Made by a program: the position numbers and the translations under genes
Part shown: one piece after another, positions 60,284-64,000 of the stretch
How the letters are laid out: every line of letters begins with the position of its first letter
How positions within the stretch are numbered: position 1 is the stretch's first letter
Assembly (NCBI GenBank): GCA_946410185.1
Contig: CAMJZI010000002.1
Span: 3,921-67,920 of the forward strand
Source of the DNA: an uncultured Porphyromonadaceae bacterium
GTDB lineage: Bacteria; Bacteroidota; Bacteroidia; Bacteroidales; Muribaculaceae
DNA length: 64,000 nucleotides
Direction: 5' to 3'
The notes under the pieces: generated by a model
The model's database searches: none
The model's input: the letters and a program-made list of their open reading frames with translations, nothing else
What the model was told of the DNA's origin: nothing

Positions 60284-61747
60284 ATGAAAGAGACCGAAAA
60301 ACCTGAAAAAGGGAATCAAATCATAGAGGAAGCGGCTCAGGCCGAGTACAAGTATGGCTTTGTGACCGATATCGAGACCGAAGTCATCCCCAAGGGCCTT
60401 GACGAGGATGTGGTGAGACGCATATCGGCGCTCAAGGGCGAGCCTGAGTGGTTGCTTGAATTCCGCCTGAAGGCTTATCGCCACTGGCTGACACTGAAGG
60501 CTCCGCAGTGGGGCCATGTGCATGTGCCCGAGATTGACTTTCAGGACATCAGCTATTATGCTGCACCGCGGCAAAAGAAGCCAGGCGAGGGCCCCAAGGA
60601 GATTGACCCCGAGTTGAAGAAGACCTTCGACAAACTGGGCATTCCCCTGGAGGAACAGATGCGTCTGAGTGGTATGGCTGTCGACGCTGTGATGGACAGC
60701 GTGAGCGTCAAGACGACCTATCGCGAGCGCCTTGCCGAGTTGGGCGTCATCTTCTGCTCCATCAGCGAGGCCGTGAAGGACTACCCCGACCTGGTGCGCA
60801 AATATCTGGGCAAGGTGGTGCCCTATACCGACAATTTCTATGCCGCTTTGAACTCGGCAGTGTTCAGCGACGGCTCGTTTGTGTACATTCCCAAGGGCGT
60901 GCGTTGCCCGATGGAACTGTCCACTTACTTCCGTATCAATGCGGCGCAGACGGGTCAGTTCGAGCGTACACTCATCGTGGCCGACGATGATGCCTATGTC
61001 TCCTATCTGGAGGGCTGCACCGCTCCCATGCGCGACGAGAATCAGCTCCACGCCGCTATCGTCGAGATCATCGTTGAGGACCGTGCCGAGGTCAAATACA
61101 GCACCGTGCAGAACTGGTACCCTGGCGACAAGGACGGCAAGGGTGGCATCTATAACCTGGTGACCAAGCGCGGACTGTGCCGTGGCGACCATAGCAAGTT
61201 GTCGTGGACCCAGGTCGAGACCGGCAGCGCCATCACGTGGAAGTACCCGAGCTGCGTGCTCAAGGGTGACCACTCGGTGGGCGAGTTCTACAGCGTGGCA
61301 TTGACCAACAACTGGCAGGAAGCCGACACGGGCACCAAGATGATACATCTGGGCAAGCACAGCACGAGCACCATCGTGAGCAAGGGCATCAGCGCCGGAC
61401 ACAGCCAGAACAGCTACCGTGGTATGGTCAAGATCGCCCCCAAGGCGACAGGTTGCCGCAATTTTACCCAGTGCGACAGTCTGCTGCTCAGCGACACCAG
61501 CGGTGCACACACCTTCCCCGTCATCGAGGTGGGCAACGACACGTCGGTGGTAGAGCACGAGGCCACGACTAGCAAAATTAACGAGGACCAGATTTTCTAC
61601 TGCAACCAGCGCGGCATCTCTACCGAGGACGCCGTGGGACTCATCGTCAACGGCTACGCCAAGGAGGTGATGGCCAAGTTGCCCATGGAATTTGCCGTCG
61701 AGGCCCAGAAACTCCTCAGCGTCTCGCTCGAGGGCGCCGTCGGGTAA
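60284..61747 (+). CDS. sufB: Fe-S cluster assembly protein SufB
   Basis: [54 protein letters not shown]. Promoter TACTTTTG at 60242-60249. Confidence 0.97.
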   Translation: MKETEKPEKGNQIIEEAAQAEYKYGFVTDIETEVIPKGLDEDVVRRISALKGEPEWLLEFRLKAYRHWLTLKAPQWGHVHVPEIDFQDISYYAAPRQKKPGEGPKEIDPELKKTFDKLGIPLEEQMRLSGMAVDAVMDSVSVKTTYRERLAELGVIFCSISEAVKDYPDLVRKYLGKVVPYTDNFYAALNSAVFSDGSFVYIPKGVRCPMELSTYFRINAAQTGQFERTLIVADDDAYVSYLEGCTAPMRDENQLHAAIVEIIVEDRAEVKYSTVQNWYPGDKDGKGGIYNLVTKRGLCRGDHSKLSWTQVETGSAITWKYPSCVLKGDHSVGEFYSVALTNNWQEADTGTKMIHLGKHSTSTIVSKGISAGHSQNSYRGMVKIAPKATGCRNFTQCDSLLLSDTSGAHTFPVIEVGNDTSVVEHEATTSKINEDQIFYCNQRGISTEDAVGLIVNGYAKEVMAKLPMEFAVEAQKLLSVSLEGAVG

Positions 61748-61758
61748 TCATCAACATC

Positions 61759-61794
61759 TCTAGTAAATCTAGAGCATCTAGAATATCTAGGAAT
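61759..61794. repeat. 9-bp-period TCTAG tandem repeat (x4)
   Basis: tctagtaaa tctagagca tctagaata tctaggaat. Confidence 0.8.
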
Positions 61795-61825
61795 CAACAA
61801 GAAAGAAAAAATAAACGATAATATC

Positions 61826-62584
61826 ATGTTAGTAATTAAGGATTTACAGGCCTCTATCGAGGACAAGCAGATATTGAAGGGCATCAACTTGACCGTTAAG
61901 CCAGGTGAGGTTCACGCCATCATGGGCCCCAATGGGTCGGGCAAGAGTACCTTGAGCGCCGTGCTCACGGGTAATCCCGCTTACACCGTGACCGGTGGCA
62001 GCGTGGAGTTCTACGGCAAGGATCTGCTGGCACTCTCTCCCGAGGACCGTGCCCACGAGGGCCTGTTCTTGAGTTTCCAGTATCCTGTTGAGATCCCGGG
62101 TGTGTCGATGGTCAACTTCATGCGCACCGCGCTTAACGAGAAGCGCAAGTATTTCGGACAGGAACCCCTCAGCGCCGCCGATTTCTTGAAGATCATGCGT
62201 GAGAAGCGCAGCATCGTGCAGCTCGATAACAAGCTCGCATCGCGTGCTGTTAATGAGGGCTTCTCGGGTGGCGAGAAGAAGCGTAACGAGATTTTCCAGA
62301 TGGCGATGCTCGAGCCCAAGTTGAGCATCCTTGATGAGACCGACAGCGGACTTGACATCGATGCACTGCGCATCGTGGCCAGCGGTGTGAACACGCTCAA
62401 GAGCAAGGACAATGCAACCATTGTCATCACCCACTATCAGCGCCTGCTTGACTACATCAAGCCCGATTTTGTGCACGTGCTGTACAAGGGCCGCATCGTT
62501 ATGAGCGCTGGTCCCGAGTTGGCTCTGGAACTCGAAGAGAAGGGCTATGACTGGATTAAGGAACAGGTTGATTCACAACAATAA
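61826..62584 (+). CDS. sufC: Fe-S cluster assembly ATPase SufC
   Basis: GPNGSGKST, FQYPVEIPGV, GFSGGEKKR, LDETDSGLD, ITHY. Confidence 0.97.
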   Translation: MLVIKDLQASIEDKQILKGINLTVKPGEVHAIMGPNGSGKSTLSAVLTGNPAYTVTGGSVEFYGKDLLALSPEDRAHEGLFLSFQYPVEIPGVSMVNFMRTALNEKRKYFGQEPLSAADFLKIMREKRSIVQLDNKLASRAVNEGFSGGEKKRNEIFQMAMLEPKLSILDETDSGLDIDALRIVASGVNTLKSKDNATIVITHYQRLLDYIKPDFVHVLYKGRIVMSAGPELALELEEKGYDWIKEQVDSQQ

Positions 62585-62593
62585 GGTGACCCG

Positions 62594-63943
62594 ATGAACG
62601 CACTCAAGCAATATATCGACCTGTATGACGAGAGCCGCGATCTCATCGAGCTTCAGGCTCCCGCACTGTTGAACAACCTGCGCCGCGTTGCCCGCGAGCA
62701 TCTAGACAATGCCACGTTGCCGCGCAAGGGCAGTGAGGACTATGAGGCGACAGACCTCGAGGCCGTGTTCGGTCATGACTATGGCGTGAATATCAACAGG
62801 CTGCCCTTTGAGGCCGATCCCGCCCAGACTTTCCATTGCGATGTGCCCAACATGAGCACCTGCCTGTATTACAGCAGCAACGATGCCTTTCACAGCAGCG
62901 CCGCAGCCGAGCGCAACATCGGACAGGTGGTCGTTGAGCCTTTCAGCATGGCTGCTGTGGACTATCCCGAAATGATGACCGCCTATTACGGTCAGTTGGC
63001 CTGCATGAGTGACCCCACAGTGGCTCTCAACACCCTGCTGGTTCAGGACGGATTGTTCATCTATGTGCCCGATGGAGTGGTTGCCGAGCGTCCCATTCAG
63101 TTGGTCAACATCTTTAATGCCGCGCTCGACATGATGGTGCAGCGGCGCCTGCTCATTGTCGTGGGCAAGAACGCTTCGATCAAGCTACTGGCCTGTGACC
63201 ACACGCAAAGTCCCGACTTCCGTTACCTGAACAACCAGGTGATTGAGATTGTCGCCATGCAGGGTAGCACTATCGATTTCTATGACATGGAAGAGAGCAC
63301 GCCGCTCACACGTCGCGTGTCGTCGATCTATGTCGATCAGCATGAGGGTAGTAATGTGCTCATCGATGGCATCACGCTCACCAATGGATACACCCGCAAC
63401 AACTATCACATCGAAGTCAACGGCGAGCATGCCGAGACGCATCTGCTGGGCATGACCATTGCCAGCGGAGAGCAGCATGTCGACAGCCACACCTTCATCA
63501 GTCACAATGCGCCTCGTTGCAACAGCAACGAGATGTTCAAGTATGTCCTCAATGAAAAGGCTGTGGGTGCCTTTTCCGGTAAGATTCTGGTGAAGCCCAA
63601 TTGCCCGCGTGTCGAGGCCTATCAGGGAAACCGCAACCTGTGCGGTGCTCCCACGGCCAAGATGTACACCAAGCCCCAGCTCGAGATTTACACCGATGAC
63701 GTGATGTGCTCACACGGCTCGGCAGTAGGTCAGCTCGACGAGGACGCCTTGTTCTATATGCGTACCCGCGGAATCGGTATTGACGAGGCTCGTCGCCTGC
63801 TGATGCAGGCCTTTGTTGCCGATGTCATCGACGGAGTGCGCCTTGATGCCCTCAAGGACCGACTGCACTATCTGGTAGAGAAACGTTTTGCCGGCACGTT
63901 GAGCAACTGCGCCGGTTGCATGGCAACCTGCAAGAAGAGTTAA
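62594..63943 (+). CDS. sufD: Fe-S cluster assembly protein SufD
   Basis: KPQLEIYTDDVMCSHG, FYMRTRGI; follows sufC. Confidence 0.95.
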   Translation: MNALKQYIDLYDESRDLIELQAPALLNNLRRVAREHLDNATLPRKGSEDYEATDLEAVFGHDYGVNINRLPFEADPAQTFHCDVPNMSTCLYYSSNDAFHSSAAAERNIGQVVVEPFSMAAVDYPEMMTAYYGQLACMSDPTVALNTLLVQDGLFIYVPDGVVAERPIQLVNIFNAALDMMVQRRLLIVVGKNASIKLLACDHTQSPDFRYLNNQVIEIVAMQGSTIDFYDMEESTPLTRRVSSIYVDQHEGSNVLIDGITLTNGYTRNNYHIEVNGEHAETHLLGMTIASGEQHVDSHTFISHNAPRCNSNEMFKYVLNEKAVGAFSGKILVKPNCPRVEAYQGNRNLCGAPTAKMYTKPQLEIYTDDVMCSHGSAVGQLDEDALFYMRTRGIGIDEARRLLMQAFVADVIDGVRLDALKDRLHYLVEKRFAGTLSNCAGCMATCKKS

Positions 63944-63961
63944 GAATTAGGAGTTAACGGC

Positions 63962-63997
63962 TCTAGACCTTCTAGATATTCTAGATATTCTAAATTC
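63962..63997. repeat. 9-bp-period TCTAG tandem repeat (x4)
   Basis: tctagacct tctagatat tctagatat tctaaattc. Confidence 0.8.
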
Positions 63998-64000
63998 TCT

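Noticed and set aside
61759-61794. TCTAG repeats as a CRISPR array
   Set aside because: Period of 9 bp, no unique spacers, no cas genes.

Overview
Chromosomal window from a Bacteroidales bacterium. The assignment rests on TAnnTTTG sigma-A promoters, AT-rich translation starts and T9SS genes; a Muribaculaceae-like rumen/gut lineage is my inference. Contents in order: pepT (truncated at the window edge), two POT peptide transporters, sufE, a PpiD/SurA-like chaperone, a TPR + OM barrel pair, a 1,321-aa modular secreted protein, a DUF5723-like barrel, two dockerin-tailed C10 proteases, two orphan phage-like genes, an AraC-regulated TolC/HlyD/ABC operon, a dockerin-tailed CotH kinase followed by a stand-alone cohesin-like protein, DUF3108, a second TolC/HlyD/permease operon with no ATPase, a PPTase, two PorU-like C25 sortases flanking rex and a degenerate FAH-family gene, a small ferredoxin missed by the ORF track, SUI1/YciH, an AddA-like helicase-nuclease, argS, YccA, porV, ispF, an acyltransferase and sufBCD. 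I saw no rRNA, tRNA, CRISPR array or intact transposase. Main leads: (1) a non-cellulosomal dockerin/cohesin secretome whose dockerins sit where T9SS CTDs normally are, next to a duplicated, apparently active PorU; (2) a 129-bp perfectly identical tract over the active site of two otherwise diverged C10 genes; (3) an intact phage-like gene pair with no prophage context; (4) an orphan rod-like structured element at about 35.2-35.4 kb. All family assignments are by eye; no searches were run.
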